Part shown: in pieces, positions 18,617-29,197 of the stretch | Layout of the letters: the number at the start of each line of letters is the position of its first letter | How positions within the stretch are numbered: the first letter of the stretch is position 1 | Assembly: GCA_043826455.1 (NCBI GenBank) | Contig: JBDRQD010000015.1 | Location: 160,001 to 224,000, forward strand | Source of the DNA: Candidatus Bathyarchaeota archaeon | GTDB lineage: Archaea; Thermoproteota; Bathyarchaeia; TCS64 | Direction of reading: 5' to 3' | DNA: 64,000 nt | Made by a program: the position numbers and the translations under genes | Notes under the pieces: generated by a model | Databases searched by the model: none | What the model was told of the DNA's origin: nothing | What the model saw: only the letters and a program-made list of their open reading frames with translations

Positions 18617-20071
18617 ATGTTGAAGGAGAAGGCTTGGAACTGGATCGATGAGCACAGGAAGGAGTTCATCGATGTAAGCGACAAGGTGTGGGAATACGCG
18701 GAGCTGGGCCTCGTGGAGTTCAAGTCGGCCGAGCTACACGCCAAGACCCTTGAGAGGCACGGCTTCAAGGTGGAGCGGGGCGTCGCCGGGATGCCCAGCG
18801 CCTTCGTGGCGTCATGGGGCAAGGGCAAGCCCATCATCGGCTTCATGGGCGAGTACGACGCCCTACCCGGCATAAGCAACAAGCCGGTGCCCAGGAAGGA
18901 GCCGCTGGTGGAGGACGGCCCCGGCCACGGCTGCGGCCACAACGTCCACGGCACAAGCGGCTTCATGGCCGCCATCGCCACCCGCTACGTGCTGGAGACA
19001 GAGAAACTCCCCGGCACCGTCAAATGCTTCGGCTCACCGGCCGAGGAGAACTACGACGGCAAGGCCTACATGGTCCGCGCCGGCAGCTTCAGGGGCGTGG
19101 ACGCGTGCCTCAGCCACCACCCCAGCAGCATGAACGTGGCCGGCCTCGCCAGCAGCAACTCCGTGAACAGCGTCAAGTACGAGTACCGGGGCAAGACGGC
19201 ACACGCGGCGGGCAGCCCCGAGATGGGTCGCAGCGCCCTGGACGCCATAGAGCTCATGAACGTGGGTGTAAACTTCCTCAGGGAGCACGTCATCCAGGAC
19301 GCCCGCATCCACTACGTCATAGAGCAGGGCGGAGGACAGCCTAACGTGGTCCCTGATTATGCTCGTAGCTGGTACTACATCAGGGCCCCGGAGAGGGACC
19401 AGGTGGCATCCATCTACCAGCGCATCAACAAGATCGCTGAGGGCGCTGCGTTGATGACGGAGACCGAGCTGAAGATCGACTTGATAGCGGCCATCTACAA
19501 CAAGCTGCCCAGCAAGACCCTCAGCGAGCTGGTCACAGCCAACATGCGTCTGGTGGGCGCACCCACGTGGACCAAGGAGGAGCTGGCCGTCGCCGCGGAG
19601 ATCGCCAAGACCATCGACAAGCAGAACAAGATCGACAGCCTCCGCAAGAACAAGGTGCCCAACTGGGAACGGTACGTGGACGTGAACCTAGTGACGGACA
19701 TCCTGGACGCCTGGAACGACGGCGAGATCAGCCACGGCTCAACGGACGTATCGGACGTGAGCTGGCAGACCCCCACCATGGAGTTCAGCACCGCCTGCAA
19801 CGTCCTGGGCGGGCCGGGCCACGACTGGAGGTTCACCGCCGTCAGCGGCATGAGCATAGGCCACAAGAGCCTGGTGTTCGCGGCTAAGACCATGGCGGCC
19901 AGCGCCCTGGACCTGTACACGAAGCCCGAGGTTCTGGAGAAGGCTAAGGAGGAGCACACTAAGAGGCTTGCGGGGCGCAAGTACACGTCGCCCATACCGC
20001 CTGAGATCGACCCGCCCCTGGAGATAGCCAAGGAGGCGTGGGAGAAGCTGAAGGGGAAGCGGGACATATGA
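18617..20071 (+). CDS. M20 amidohydrolase, AbgB-like, paralog 1
   Basis: GEYDALPG, GHGCGHN, PAEE, HHP, AHAAG, GRSALDA, NVVP, GSTDVSDVSW. Confidence 0.9.
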   Translation: MLKEKAWNWIDEHRKEFIDVSDKVWEYAELGLVEFKSAELHAKTLERHGFKVERGVAGMPSAFVASWGKGKPIIGFMGEYDALPGISNKPVPRKEPLVEDGPGHGCGHNVHGTSGFMAAIATRYVLETEKLPGTVKCFGSPAEENYDGKAYMVRAGSFRGVDACLSHHPSSMNVAGLASSNSVNSVKYEYRGKTAHAAGSPEMGRSALDAIELMNVGVNFLREHVIQDARIHYVIEQGGGQPNVVPDYARSWYYIRAPERDQVASIYQRINKIAEGAALMTETELKIDLIAAIYNKLPSKTLSELVTANMRLVGAPTWTKEELAVAAEIAKTIDKQNKIDSLRKNKVPNWERYVDVNLVTDILDAWNDGEISHGSTDVSDVSWQTPTMEFSTACNVLGGPGHDWRFTAVSGMSIGHKSLVFAAKTMAASALDLYTKPEVLEKAKEEHTKRLAGRKYTSPIPPEIDPPLEIAKEAWEKLKGKRDI

Positions 20072-21030
20072 GCACTGTAACCGTCGGCGGCGTAAAGGCG
20101 GCCCCGGGTGAGAAGGCTAAGGGGTTCCTGGACGCGGGCACCACCAGCGTCAACACCTACAGGGTGCCCCTCGCCATAATAAACGGCTCAAAGAAAGGTA
20201 AGACCATCGGCATCATCGGGGGCACCCACGGGACGGAGTTCGCCAGCATCGACGCCGTCATCAGGGCCATCCGTGAGCTGGACCCCCGGAAGATGAAGGG
20301 CACGGTGCTGGCTGTGCCCGTCCTCAACGGGCCCCAGTTCGAGCACAAGACCCAGTTCCTCAGCCCCTTCGACCAGATGAACCTCAACAGGGTGTTCCCC
20401 GGAGACCCCGTGGGCACCCTCAGTCAGCGCATAGCGTACACGGTCTACGAGAACGTCATCAAGAGGTGCGACGCGTTGATGGACTGCCACGGTGGAGACG
20501 TCAACGAGGACATCAAGGGCTTCGTCATAGCCGGCAAGGGCGACGACGAGGAGGTGAACAAGGTGGCTCTGGATATGGCCCGGTGCTTCCCCACGAGGTT
20601 CATCAACCTGTTCCCCGTGGCCCAGACGGGGCTCACCATGTGCGCCCAGAGCAGGCTCGGGATACCGTGCATAACCTCTGAGGCGGGCACCCCGTTCCCG
20701 GTCCGTGAGGACGAGGTCCGGTTCCATTATGAGGGCATAATGAACGTGCTCAGGTACTTCGGGGTCATCGAGGGAAAGCCGAAGATGGTGGAGCCCGTCA
20801 TCAGCAAGGGCAGCGCCAGGCTGAGGGCCGAGGAGGGGGGCATATGGAAGCCGGCCGTGGTCACAGACCAGCTGGTGAAGGCTGGGGACACCCTTGGCGT
20901 GGTGACGGACCTGTTCGGTGAGGTGAAGCAGACCGTCAAGGCGCCCCAGGGCGGCGTCGTGGGGATGATGAGGTGCTTTTACTCGGTGAACTGCGGCGAG
21001 CTCCTGGTCAGCGTCACCCTCCTGGAGTGA
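20068..21030 (+). CDS. Succinylglutamate desuccinylase/aspartoacylase (M14-like) family
   Basis: GGTHGTE, NLNRVFPG, DCHGG, TSEAG, C-terminal biotinyl-like domain; ATGA overlap. Confidence 0.88.
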   Translation: MSTVTVGGVKAAPGEKAKGFLDAGTTSVNTYRVPLAIINGSKKGKTIGIIGGTHGTEFASIDAVIRAIRELDPRKMKGTVLAVPVLNGPQFEHKTQFLSPFDQMNLNRVFPGDPVGTLSQRIAYTVYENVIKRCDALMDCHGGDVNEDIKGFVIAGKGDDEEVNKVALDMARCFPTRFINLFPVAQTGLTMCAQSRLGIPCITSEAGTPFPVREDEVRFHYEGIMNVLRYFGVIEGKPKMVEPVISKGSARLRAEEGGIWKPAVVTDQLVKAGDTLGVVTDLFGEVKQTVKAPQGGVVGMMRCFYSVNCGELLVSVTLLE

Positions 21031-21103
21031 GTCATTAGACCACTCCGCCACCACGCCTCCACAGTTTTTTACGCTCCGGACGCTTTTTCCTATCTGAGTT
21101 TTC

Positions 21104-22552
21104 ATGTTGAAGGAGAAGGCTTTGAACTGGATCGACGAGCACCGTGAGGAGCTCATAGAGGTCTCTGACGAGATATGGGGCTACGCGGAGCTGGGCCTCT
21201 GCGAGGACAGGAGCAGTAGGCTGCTGGCTGAGAAGCTTCGGCAGTACGGGTTCAGGGTTAAGCACGGTGTGGCGGGGATGCCCACAGCCATCACCGCGGA
21301 GTGGGGTAAGGGCAAGCCCGTGATCGTGTGCCAGGGGGAGTACGACGCCCTGCCGGGGATCAGCAACAAGGCGGTGCCCTGGAAGGAGCCTCTGGTCCGG
21401 GACGGGATGGGCCACGGGTGCGGCCACAACATCCACGGGACGACGGCCCTGGCTGCGGTCATCGCGGTGAAGCAGGTGCTGGAGGCGGAGAAGCTGCCTG
21501 GCACCATCAGGTTCTACGGTACGCCGGCGGAGGAGAACTTCGGGGGCAAGGTGTACATGGTCCGGGAGGGCCTATACGGGGACGTTGATGCTTGTATCAG
21601 CCACCACCCCAGCAGCATGAACGTGGCGGGGCTCAGCAGCAGCAACGCCACCAACGGCGTTAAATTCTATTACTACGGTAAGACGGCCCACGCCGCCGGG
21701 AACCCGGAGATGGGTAGGAGCGCCCTGGATGCTATAGAGCTGATGAACGTCGGGGTGAACTTTCTCCGTGAGCACGTGATCCAGGAGGCCCGCATCCACT
21801 ACGTCATCGAGAACGGTGGCGGCCAGCCCAACGTGGTGCCTGATTATGCTAGCAGCTGGTACTACATCAGGGCGCCTAGACGCGACCAGGTGGACCCCAT
21901 CTTCGAGCGCATCAAGAAGATCGCGGAGGGTGCCGCGTTGATGACGGAGACGGAGCTGAAGATCGACCACACCGGCGGCCTGTATAATCTGATACCCAGC
22001 AGGTCGCTGAGCGAGGTGGTGACGGCCAACATGAGAGCCGTCGGAGCTCCCAAGTACACTGAGGATGAACAGGAGTTCGCAGCCAAGATAGCGGAGAGCT
22101 TCACACGGGAGTCCAAGGTGGACGGCCTCAGGAAGTACAAGGTGCCAGACTACGAGAAGTACGTGGACGTGAACCTCATGACCGAGATACTTGACCCGTG
22201 GAACGAGGGTGAGACCAGCCCGGGCAGCACAGACGTTGCTGACGTCACATGGGTGACCCCCGCCATAGAGTTCGGCACCACCTGCAATGTCCTCGGAGCG
22301 CCGGGTCACAGCTGGCAGTTCGTGGCGTGCAGCGGCTCAAGCATAGGCCACAAGTCGCTGATGTTCGCATCCAAGACCATGGCTGGCAGCGTCCTGGACC
22401 TCATGACGGACCCCGAACTGCTGAGGAAGGTGAAGGAGGAGCACAGGAAGCGGCTAGAGGGCCAGGTCTACAGGCCGGTGGGCGATCCTGACCGGAAGCC
22501 GCCCCTGGAGCAGGCCCGGGAGATGGCCGAGAAGCTTAAGGGCAAACAGTAG
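21104..22552 (+). CDS. M20 amidohydrolase, AbgB-like, paralog 2
   Basis: Same motifs as paralog 1; colinear. Confidence 0.9.
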   Translation: MLKEKALNWIDEHREELIEVSDEIWGYAELGLCEDRSSRLLAEKLRQYGFRVKHGVAGMPTAITAEWGKGKPVIVCQGEYDALPGISNKAVPWKEPLVRDGMGHGCGHNIHGTTALAAVIAVKQVLEAEKLPGTIRFYGTPAEENFGGKVYMVREGLYGDVDACISHHPSSMNVAGLSSSNATNGVKFYYYGKTAHAAGNPEMGRSALDAIELMNVGVNFLREHVIQEARIHYVIENGGGQPNVVPDYASSWYYIRAPRRDQVDPIFERIKKIAEGAALMTETELKIDHTGGLYNLIPSRSLSEVVTANMRAVGAPKYTEDEQEFAAKIAESFTRESKVDGLRKYKVPDYEKYVDVNLMTEILDPWNEGETSPGSTDVADVTWVTPAIEFGTTCNVLGAPGHSWQFVACSGSSIGHKSLMFASKTMAGSVLDLMTDPELLRKVKEEHRKRLEGQVYRPVGDPDRKPPLEQAREMAEKLKGKQ

Positions 22553-22629
22553 CCCTTTCAACCCCCTTATTGCTGGTTTCGATGATAGGTTTTTATCCCT
22601 ATGGGGCTTTATCCCTTTAGGGACGACTG

Positions 22630-22911
22630 TTGGGTGAGCTGAAGATCTATCTCCCGGAGGACCTTAAGAGGGAGTTCAAGAAGAGGTCAATGGAGGCCTT
22701 CGGCTACGGCAGAGGCTCCATAAGCAAGGCGGCGGAGGAAGCCATTCAGAGGTGGGTCTCCGAGAGGGAGAGGATCATGGAAGTTGCTCCTCCGGAGGAC
22801 CCTGTCAGGGCTCTGAGGGGCATGCTGAGCCACGTGGAGGAGTCCTCCGTGGAGCTACAGCATGAGGCAGGTAGGATCAGGGCCGAGAGGGCGCGGTCCG
22901 GATGCTCCTGA
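22630..22911 (+). CDS. Putative antitoxin (ribbon-helix-helix-like, VapB-type)
   Basis: LKIYLPEDLKREFK...SISKAAEEAI RHH-like pattern; overlaps the downstream PIN gene. Confidence 0.7.
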   Translation: MGELKIYLPEDLKREFKKRSMEAFGYGRGSISKAAEEAIQRWVSERERIMEVAPPEDPVRALRGMLSHVEESSVELQHEAGRIRAERARSGCS

Positions 22912-23327
22912 TAGACGCCAATATCTTCTTGGAGCTAATGCTCAACCAAGCCCGGGCCGACGAGTGCGAGGCGTTCCTGACCGCCGTGGAGACGGGTTCT
23001 CAGGAAGCAGCCATGACAGACCTAACCCTTGACAGCGTCCTCATCATAATGGAGAACAGGGGAAAGGACGCCTCGGAGCTGGCCAAGTTCATCTCATCCA
23101 TTGTGGCGTACAGGGGCCTGAAGCTGTACTGGCTCTCGGTGGTTGACCGGCTCCACGCCACGGTGCATATGAGTCGGACCGGGCTCGACTTCGAGGACTC
23201 CACCCTGTTGGAGGCGTGTATGAGGCTCAGGGCTGAAGGCGTAGTATCGTTTGACAGGGACTTTGATGGAGTCCAGGGGATTCAGAGGTTTGAGCCTAGA
23301 GACCTTCTTCACAGGTACAGGAAGTAG
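22902..23327 (+). CDS. vapC: PIN-domain toxin (VapC family)
   Basis: LIDANIFLE, GLDFEDS, VVSFDRDFD. Confidence 0.85.
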   Translation: MLLIDANIFLELMLNQARADECEAFLTAVETGSQEAAMTDLTLDSVLIIMENRGKDASELAKFISSIVAYRGLKLYWLSVVDRLHATVHMSRTGLDFEDSTLLEACMRLRAEGVVSFDRDFDGVQGIQRFEPRDLLHRYRK

Positions 23328-23475
23328 GCTACACTGACTTGTATTTTTCAGAGTGGACTATTGCGCTGGTTTCATGAACTGGGCCCTCCCCATGACCGTG
23401 GATTCGAATTCCAACCTTTGCGCAACTTACTCGCCAGTTTATTACATCGGTAGTCCCTCTTTCATGTGATTCATC

Positions 23476-24921
23476 ATGTTAAAGGAAAAGGTGTGGAAGT
23501 GGATCGATGAGCACCGGCAGGAGTTCATCGACGTATCCGACAAGGTCTGGCAGTACGCCGAGCTGGGCCTAGTAGAGACCAAGAGTAGTAAGCTCATAGC
23601 AGACAAGCTCAGGGAGCACGGCTTCAAGGTAAAGCACGGTGTCGCCGGTATGCCCAGCGCCTTCGTGGCATCATGGGGCAAGGGCAAACCCGTCCTCGGG
23701 TTCCAGGGAGAGTACGACGCCCTGCCCGGCATCAGCAACAAGGTGGCCCCCGAGAAGGACCCCCTCGTCAAGGGCGCCCCGGGCCACGGCTGCGGTCACA
23801 ACATCCACGGCGCGACCGCTTTAGCCTGCGTATGCGCCCTTCGCCACGTCATGGAGCAGGAGAAGCTTCCCGGCACCATCAGGTTCTACGGGACGCCGGC
23901 TGAGGAGAACTACGGCGGCAAGGTCTTCATGGTCAGGGAGGGCCTCTACGACGGCCTAGACGCCTGTCTCAGCCACCACCCGGGAAGCATGAACACGGCC
24001 CGCCTCATGAGCAGCACCGCCGTTAACGGCGTCAAGTTCATCTACCGGGGCAAGACGGCCCACGCCGCAGGCAACCCCGAGATGGGCCGCTCGGCCCTGG
24101 ACGCCATAGAGCTGATGAACATAGGCGTCAACTTCCTCCGGGAGCACGTCATTGCCGACGCCCGCATCCACTACGTCATCGAATCCGGCGGAGGACAGCC
24201 CAACGTGGTCCCCGACTACGCCCGCAGCTGGTACTACATCCGGGCCCCGGAGCGGGACCAGCTGGACCCCATCTACAGGCGCATCATCAAGATCGCCGAG
24301 GGGGCCGCTCTCATGACCGAGACCGAGCTGGAGGTCCAGTTCATCGACGGCATCTACAACATCATCCCCAGCAGGACCCTCTCCGAGCTGGTGGTCAAGA
24401 ACATGCGGGAAGTAGGCGCACCCGAATACACCCCGGAGGAGCTGGAGTTCGCAGCCAAGATCGCGGCCCAGTTCCCCAAGCAGCAGAAGATCGACGCCCT
24501 ACGCAAGTCCAAGGTCCCAGACTACCAGCGGTTCATCGACGTGGACCTCCCCACCGAGGTCCTCGACCCCTGGGGCGAGGGAGAGACCAGCCCCGGCAGC
24601 AGCGACGTCGGCGACGTGAGCTGGGTCACACCCACCATGGAGTTCGGCACAGCCTGTAACATCCTGGGCGCCCCGGGCCACAGCTGGACCTTCGTAGCCT
24701 GCAGCGGCAGCACCATAGGCCAAAAGAGCCTCGTCTTCGCCGCCAAGACCATGGCCGGGGCAGCAGCCGAGCTACTCACAGACGAGAAACTCCGCGAGAA
24801 GGCACGGGACGAGCACAGCAGCCGCCTCAAAGGACGCAAGTACACCACCCCCCTACCAGTGGGACTCCAGCCACCCCTAGCCATCGCACAGGAGAACTGG
24901 GAGAAGACTCCTAAACAGTAG
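23476..24921 (+). CDS. M20 amidohydrolase, AbgB-like, paralog 3
   Basis: Same motifs as paralogs 1 and 2. Confidence 0.9.
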   Translation: MLKEKVWKWIDEHRQEFIDVSDKVWQYAELGLVETKSSKLIADKLREHGFKVKHGVAGMPSAFVASWGKGKPVLGFQGEYDALPGISNKVAPEKDPLVKGAPGHGCGHNIHGATALACVCALRHVMEQEKLPGTIRFYGTPAEENYGGKVFMVREGLYDGLDACLSHHPGSMNTARLMSSTAVNGVKFIYRGKTAHAAGNPEMGRSALDAIELMNIGVNFLREHVIADARIHYVIESGGGQPNVVPDYARSWYYIRAPERDQLDPIYRRIIKIAEGAALMTETELEVQFIDGIYNIIPSRTLSELVVKNMREVGAPEYTPEELEFAAKIAAQFPKQQKIDALRKSKVPDYQRFIDVDLPTEVLDPWGEGETSPGSSDVGDVSWVTPTMEFGTACNILGAPGHSWTFVACSGSTIGQKSLVFAAKTMAGAAAELLTDEKLREKARDEHSSRLKGRKYTTPLPVGLQPPLAIAQENWEKTPKQ

Positions 24922-25074
24922 CCCCCCTTCCGGGGCACCCACTCTCCCGATTTCGGGGTAACCGACGTTTAAAACAATAATGCTCCTACCCTAAACCAGA
25001 GCCGTGGAGCTGAACCCGAGCGGACAACAAACCCCGGACCTCCAAAAACAGCGGCGGACACCGCCACCCACCAT

Positions 25075-25179
25075 CACCGCCCAAAGAAACCCGAAAAAGC
25101 CCCCAAAACACAAAACAAGCTTAAAAACGGGGAATCGCGGTGGCGGTGATGGGACCCCCCCTCCCCTCCACGTGCACGC
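25075..25179 (+). repeat. Dispersed ~105-bp intergenic element, copy A
   Basis: Aligns by eye to the reverse complement of 45531-45634; identical blocks CCAAAACACAAAACAAGCTTAAAAAC and GAATCGCGGTGGCGGTGA. Confidence 0.85.
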
Positions 25180-25268
25180 ACACAACAAAGACACGCCAAA
25201 AAAAGACCTAGAACGGCCCACAAAAAACCAATAACCAGAACCCTAAACCATAACAAGAAAAAAAAGGG

Positions 25269-26462
25269 TTAAGGAACCGTCGGAGGAGCCCTGGGCGGCA
25301 GATTCTTCACAAACCTCTCCAGCCTGGTACAAGTCTCCTCCAGATCCTTCAATGGCGCCACCAAGGCAAACCTGATATGCCCCTCACTGGCCGCACCGTA
25401 CTGGGTACCCGGCGCACACCGGACCTTCTCCTGCATGAAGAAGTCCATGGCGAACTTCTGGCTCGGCACCCCCAGCTCACTGATGTCAGGGAACAGGTAG
25501 AACGCCCCCTCAGGGTAAGCGCACTTGATGCCCTTGATCTCGTTGAGCCTCTTCACCATATAGTCAATGCGCTTCTTGTAGGTCTGCCTCATCTCCTCCA
25601 CAAAGTCCCAGCCCTCCCCCAGCGCCTTCACAGCCGCCTTCTGGAAGGGCACAGGCACACTGCAGATGCCCACAGGCACCCCGTTCACCACCTTCATGAG
25701 CTCCGGACCCGCGATGATGTACCCGGCCCTGCACCCCGTCCACGCGAAGGTCTTGCTGAAGCTCATCAACACCATGGTCTTCTCCCACATCCCATTGATG
25801 TCGATGATGGTCTGGTGCTTCCTGTCGCCCCACACGAACTCGGTATAGATCTCGTCGCTGATCACCACCACGTCCTTCCTGTTGGCGATGTCAGCCAGCT
25901 TCTCCAGCTCCTTCTTCGTCCAAACAGTCCCCGAGGGGTTATCCGGGTTACATATGAGGACAGCCTTCGTCTTAGGAGTAATCGCGTTCTCGATGTTCCT
26001 GAAGTCGGGCCTGAATATCCCCTTCTTGTCCTTCACCTGCCTGGCCCTGGTCAGCTTGGCCCCGAAGTAGGCCGCCGGCTGGTTATACCCCTGGTAAGCC
26101 GGGTCCATGATGAGGATCTCGTCCCCGGGGTCCAGGATACCGGCGAAGGCCTGGAAGATGGCCTGGCTTCCGCCGCTTGTGATGAGAACCTGGGTCTTGG
26201 GGTCCACCGTCACCCCGTACTTCTTGTAGTACTCCGCGATGGCCTCCTTGAAGTCAGGCTCACCATTGAAGCTGTAGTGGGTCTGACCCGCCCTCATAGC
26301 CTCATACACAGCCTTGTTGATGAACTCAGGCTGGTCAAAGTCCGGGTCACCCGCGCCCAGGTTGATGAGCCCCGGGATGGGCCCCACCGAAACTCTGGTG
26401 GAGCTGCCGGCAATCCTCATCAGGTCCTGAACCTCTTTCTTTGCGAATTTTTCGACTCCCAT
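25269..26462 (-). CDS. Class I/II PLP aminotransferase (aspartate aminotransferase-like)
   Basis: NLGAGDPDF, NPDNPSG, SDEIY, SFSKTFAWTGCRAGY, GAFYLF. Confidence 0.92.
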   Translation of the reverse strand: MGVEKFAKKEVQDLMRIAGSSTRVSVGPIPGLINLGAGDPDFDQPEFINKAVYEAMRAGQTHYSFNGEPDFKEAIAEYYKKYGVTVDPKTQVLITSGGSQAIFQAFAGILDPGDEILIMDPAYQGYNQPAAYFGAKLTRARQVKDKKGIFRPDFRNIENAITPKTKAVLICNPDNPSGTVWTKKELEKLADIANRKDVVVISDEIYTEFVWGDRKHQTIIDINGMWEKTMVLMSFSKTFAWTGCRAGYIIAGPELMKVVNGVPVGICSVPVPFQKAAVKALGEGWDFVEEMRQTYKKRIDYMVKRLNEIKGIKCAYPEGAFYLFPDISELGVPSQKFAMDFFMQEKVRCAPGTQYGAASEGHIRFALVAPLKDLEETCTRLERFVKNLPPRAPPTVP

Positions 26463-26570
26463 ATCTGATCACGAATCCTTTTAGCTACACTGAGGGCGTA
26501 TAAAACGTCTTCGATTATTCAGCGGAGTGTGAAAATACTGTAAAAAGGGAGCCGGGATTGCCGTAAACGG

Positions 26571-29102
26571 CTACCCCAGGAGGGCGTTGAAGAACAGCTT
26601 GAAGGTGGCGTCCGTCTGAGCCCTCATCTGGGGCTGGAACCCGTAGAGCACCACCCTGCCCTTGCCCAGCCCCGCCTCCACCATGGCAGCCTTCCGGCTC
26701 AGGTGCTCCTCCCCCGACAGCCAGCCACTCTCCATGATGTGCTTCTCCGGGTAGCTGAGCACCACCCTGTACGCCTCGTTGTTTACCCGTGGCTTCACCG
26801 CAAAGGCCGGGTGGCTCCTGAACACTACCAGCAGGTCGTCCTGGACGCCCCACGCCAGGTGGTGGCCGCGGTCCACATCCACGTGCAGTGTGCTGCCGGG
26901 GCAGGTGAAGCTGGTGTTCTTCACGTCCTTCAGCACGTTCTGGACGGGCAGCCCCAACTTCTCTATGGCGAAGTCGCAGGACTCGCCCCAGCAGAGGAGG
27001 GTCCCCCCCTCCTCCACGAACTCCTTCAGCCGCTTGGCGCCGTCCTCCCCCAGGCCGCTCCGGTACTCCGGCGGGTAAACGGGCAGGGTGCTGCCCCCGC
27101 CCCACCGCTTCTCATAGTACTCCTCGATCTTCTCCCCGGTGATGAGCTCCGTCGCGTCGCTGGGCACCACTATCACGTCGTACTTGGAGGCCAGCTTACC
27201 CCTCATTATGTCCTTGTCCATGAGGGTCCTGTACCTGAACCTGTACTGCTCCAGGAGCCACCTGGTCCAGCCCTCGTCCGAGTTGCCGCCCCAGTACCTC
27301 TGGTAGACGCCCACCCTAAGCATCTTCACCGGCCTGGACTTGAGGGCCGGGGGCGCGGCCTCCACCTTCACGTGGTGCCTCTTGGCCAGCTTATCCAGGT
27401 CCCCCGCCAGGCCCTCCGCATTGGGGACGTAGAAGCTTCCGGCCTCGAAGACGCCGGCCCCAGTGGCAGTCCTCTCCTGGAGCCTGTGGACCTCGGCGCC
27501 CCTCCTGAGGAGCCGGGCAACCACCTGGAACCCCTCGTTCACCCTTCCGTCGATGAGCCACCCGTTGGGCGCCTCCTCCTCCAGGCCGCCTCTGGGGTAC
27601 CTGATGCTGGTCAGCGCCTCGAAGCTGCCCTCGAAGGGTTTCTCCACCCCGGCCACACGGACCCCCATGAACTCGGCGACCGTGTAAGTCGATAGATCAT
27701 AGGGTATGACGGGGGTGTTATCGGGGTACTTGCTGAAGGCCCCCAGATGGTAGAAGGTCCTCTTCAGGAGGCTGACCACGTAAGGCCTGCAGTGCTGAGA
27801 CGCGAACACCACGTGGGTGCCCCGGGGATAGGTCACCCCGTCGGCCACGAACTCCCGCTGGCTCCTGTGGACCTCCACACCCATGTCCATGAGCGTCTTC
27901 AGCAGCTTGTAAGCCACCAGCTCGTCGTGCTGCTCAGGCTTCACTATGAAGGCGTAGGGGGGCTCCTCCAGGCCTTTTCTGATGCTGTGCATGGCCTTCC
28001 TGTGCATGTTCCTGAGGAGGAGCTCCCTGAAACTGGCGGCGGCTCGGAGCGTCCCGTAGGCACTTATCTTCTGCTGCTCCACTACGTCGCGGAGCCTCCA
28101 CCAGCCACCCGGCCACGGGTGGGGGAACCCCATCTGGGTCCTGTACTCGGGGCGGCCCCTGCGGCTGGGCTTCAGCTGGTGGTAGTGGATGTATAGGGGC
28201 GTGGCCAGCTTGGCTGAGGCCGACTCGGTGAGCATTCCGCACATGTTGTGCCAGCAGGGCACGTAGTTGAAGGTGGGCATGAACTCCCCGGGGTAGGTGG
28301 CCGAGCTCTCTATGCCCGTCTTGTCCTCAGCCTCCAGCAGCACGTGGGTGAGCCCCCCGTAGAGTTCCTGCTCGGTCCAGACCAGGGGGTCCACCTTGTC
28401 GTCCACGGGGTTGGCGAAGGGGGCTATGTAGAACCTGGCCCCGTAGCTGCCCATGTGGTGGTAGTCTATGTAGGCCTGGGGGCTCCACTCCCTGTACATG
28501 ACCTGGGTGACTATCTGGCTCTCCACCATGTTGTTGTGCATGGCGTCCCTGTTGTTATCATGCCCCGTGTACTTATGGTACAGCCAGGGCGGGCTACAGC
28601 CCTCGTACTCGGTGCCCAGGTACTTCTCGTAGAACTCGGTGACCATGACCTGGCCGTCGGGGTTGAAGCAGGGGAACATGAGGAGAACTGTGTCATCCAG
28701 TATCTCCCGGTTCTCGGGCAGGGTTATCAGCTCGTAGGCCAGCTCGGGGGCCATCTGGGTGCCCCCCACCTCCGTGGCGTGGATGCTCATGCTCATGGCC
28801 ACCACCGTCTTGCCCTCCGCGACTAGGCGGTCCAGCTCTTCCTGGGGCAGGTCCCTGGGGTGAGCCAGCCTCCAGCTCATCATCCTGAGCTCCTCCAGCC
28901 TCTTCATGTTCTCCTGCGAGGTGATGACCGCCAGTAGGAAGGGGTAGCCCTCCGTGCTCTTACCGAGCTCCGTAACCTTGACCATGGGTGACTTGTCCAG
29001 CGCCCAGAAGTACTCTACTATACGGTTCCAGTGGGCCAGCCTCCTATCGGCGCCCATCCGGTGACCGAAAAACTCCTCCGGTGAAGGTATTTGAGTGGAC
29101 AT
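26571..29102 (-). CDS. Large M14 zinc carboxypeptidase-family protein with C-terminal GATase-like domain
   Basis: SIHATE, NPDG, HDNNRD, DYHHMG; C-terminal DEGWTRW, FVEEGGTL, GKGRVVLYG. Confidence 0.85.
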   Translation of the reverse strand: MSTQIPSPEEFFGHRMGADRRLAHWNRIVEYFWALDKSPMVKVTELGKSTEGYPFLLAVITSQENMKRLEELRMMSWRLAHPRDLPQEELDRLVAEGKTVVAMSMSIHATEVGGTQMAPELAYELITLPENREILDDTVLLMFPCFNPDGQVMVTEFYEKYLGTEYEGCSPPWLYHKYTGHDNNRDAMHNNMVESQIVTQVMYREWSPQAYIDYHHMGSYGARFYIAPFANPVDDKVDPLVWTEQELYGGLTHVLLEAEDKTGIESSATYPGEFMPTFNYVPCWHNMCGMLTESASAKLATPLYIHYHQLKPSRRGRPEYRTQMGFPHPWPGGWWRLRDVVEQQKISAYGTLRAAASFRELLLRNMHRKAMHSIRKGLEEPPYAFIVKPEQHDELVAYKLLKTLMDMGVEVHRSQREFVADGVTYPRGTHVVFASQHCRPYVVSLLKRTFYHLGAFSKYPDNTPVIPYDLSTYTVAEFMGVRVAGVEKPFEGSFEALTSIRYPRGGLEEEAPNGWLIDGRVNEGFQVVARLLRRGAEVHRLQERTATGAGVFEAGSFYVPNAEGLAGDLDKLAKRHHVKVEAAPPALKSRPVKMLRVGVYQRYWGGNSDEGWTRWLLEQYRFRYRTLMDKDIMRGKLASKYDVIVVPSDATELITGEKIEEYYEKRWGGGSTLPVYPPEYRSGLGEDGAKRLKEFVEEGGTLLCWGESCDFAIEKLGLPVQNVLKDVKNTSFTCPGSTLHVDVDRGHHLAWGVQDDLLVVFRSHPAFAVKPRVNNEAYRVVLSYPEKHIMESGWLSGEEHLSRKAAMVEAGLGKGRVVLYGFQPQMRAQTDATFKLFFNALLG

Positions 29103-29197
29103 TAAAAAGAAGTTGTGTATTCACCCATAGAAATAGTCATCGATTGCCTCCGGGGCCACGAAATATAGCCGTTTTCCCGGTTTTTCCTATATAACCT

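Noticed and set aside
24991..25256. Similar short ORFs at 25004-25234 and 45509-45952 (KKPPKHKTSLKT.NRGGGDG)
   Set aside because: Similarity is confined to the DNA repeat; starts, stops and flanks are not shared, so treated as non-coding.
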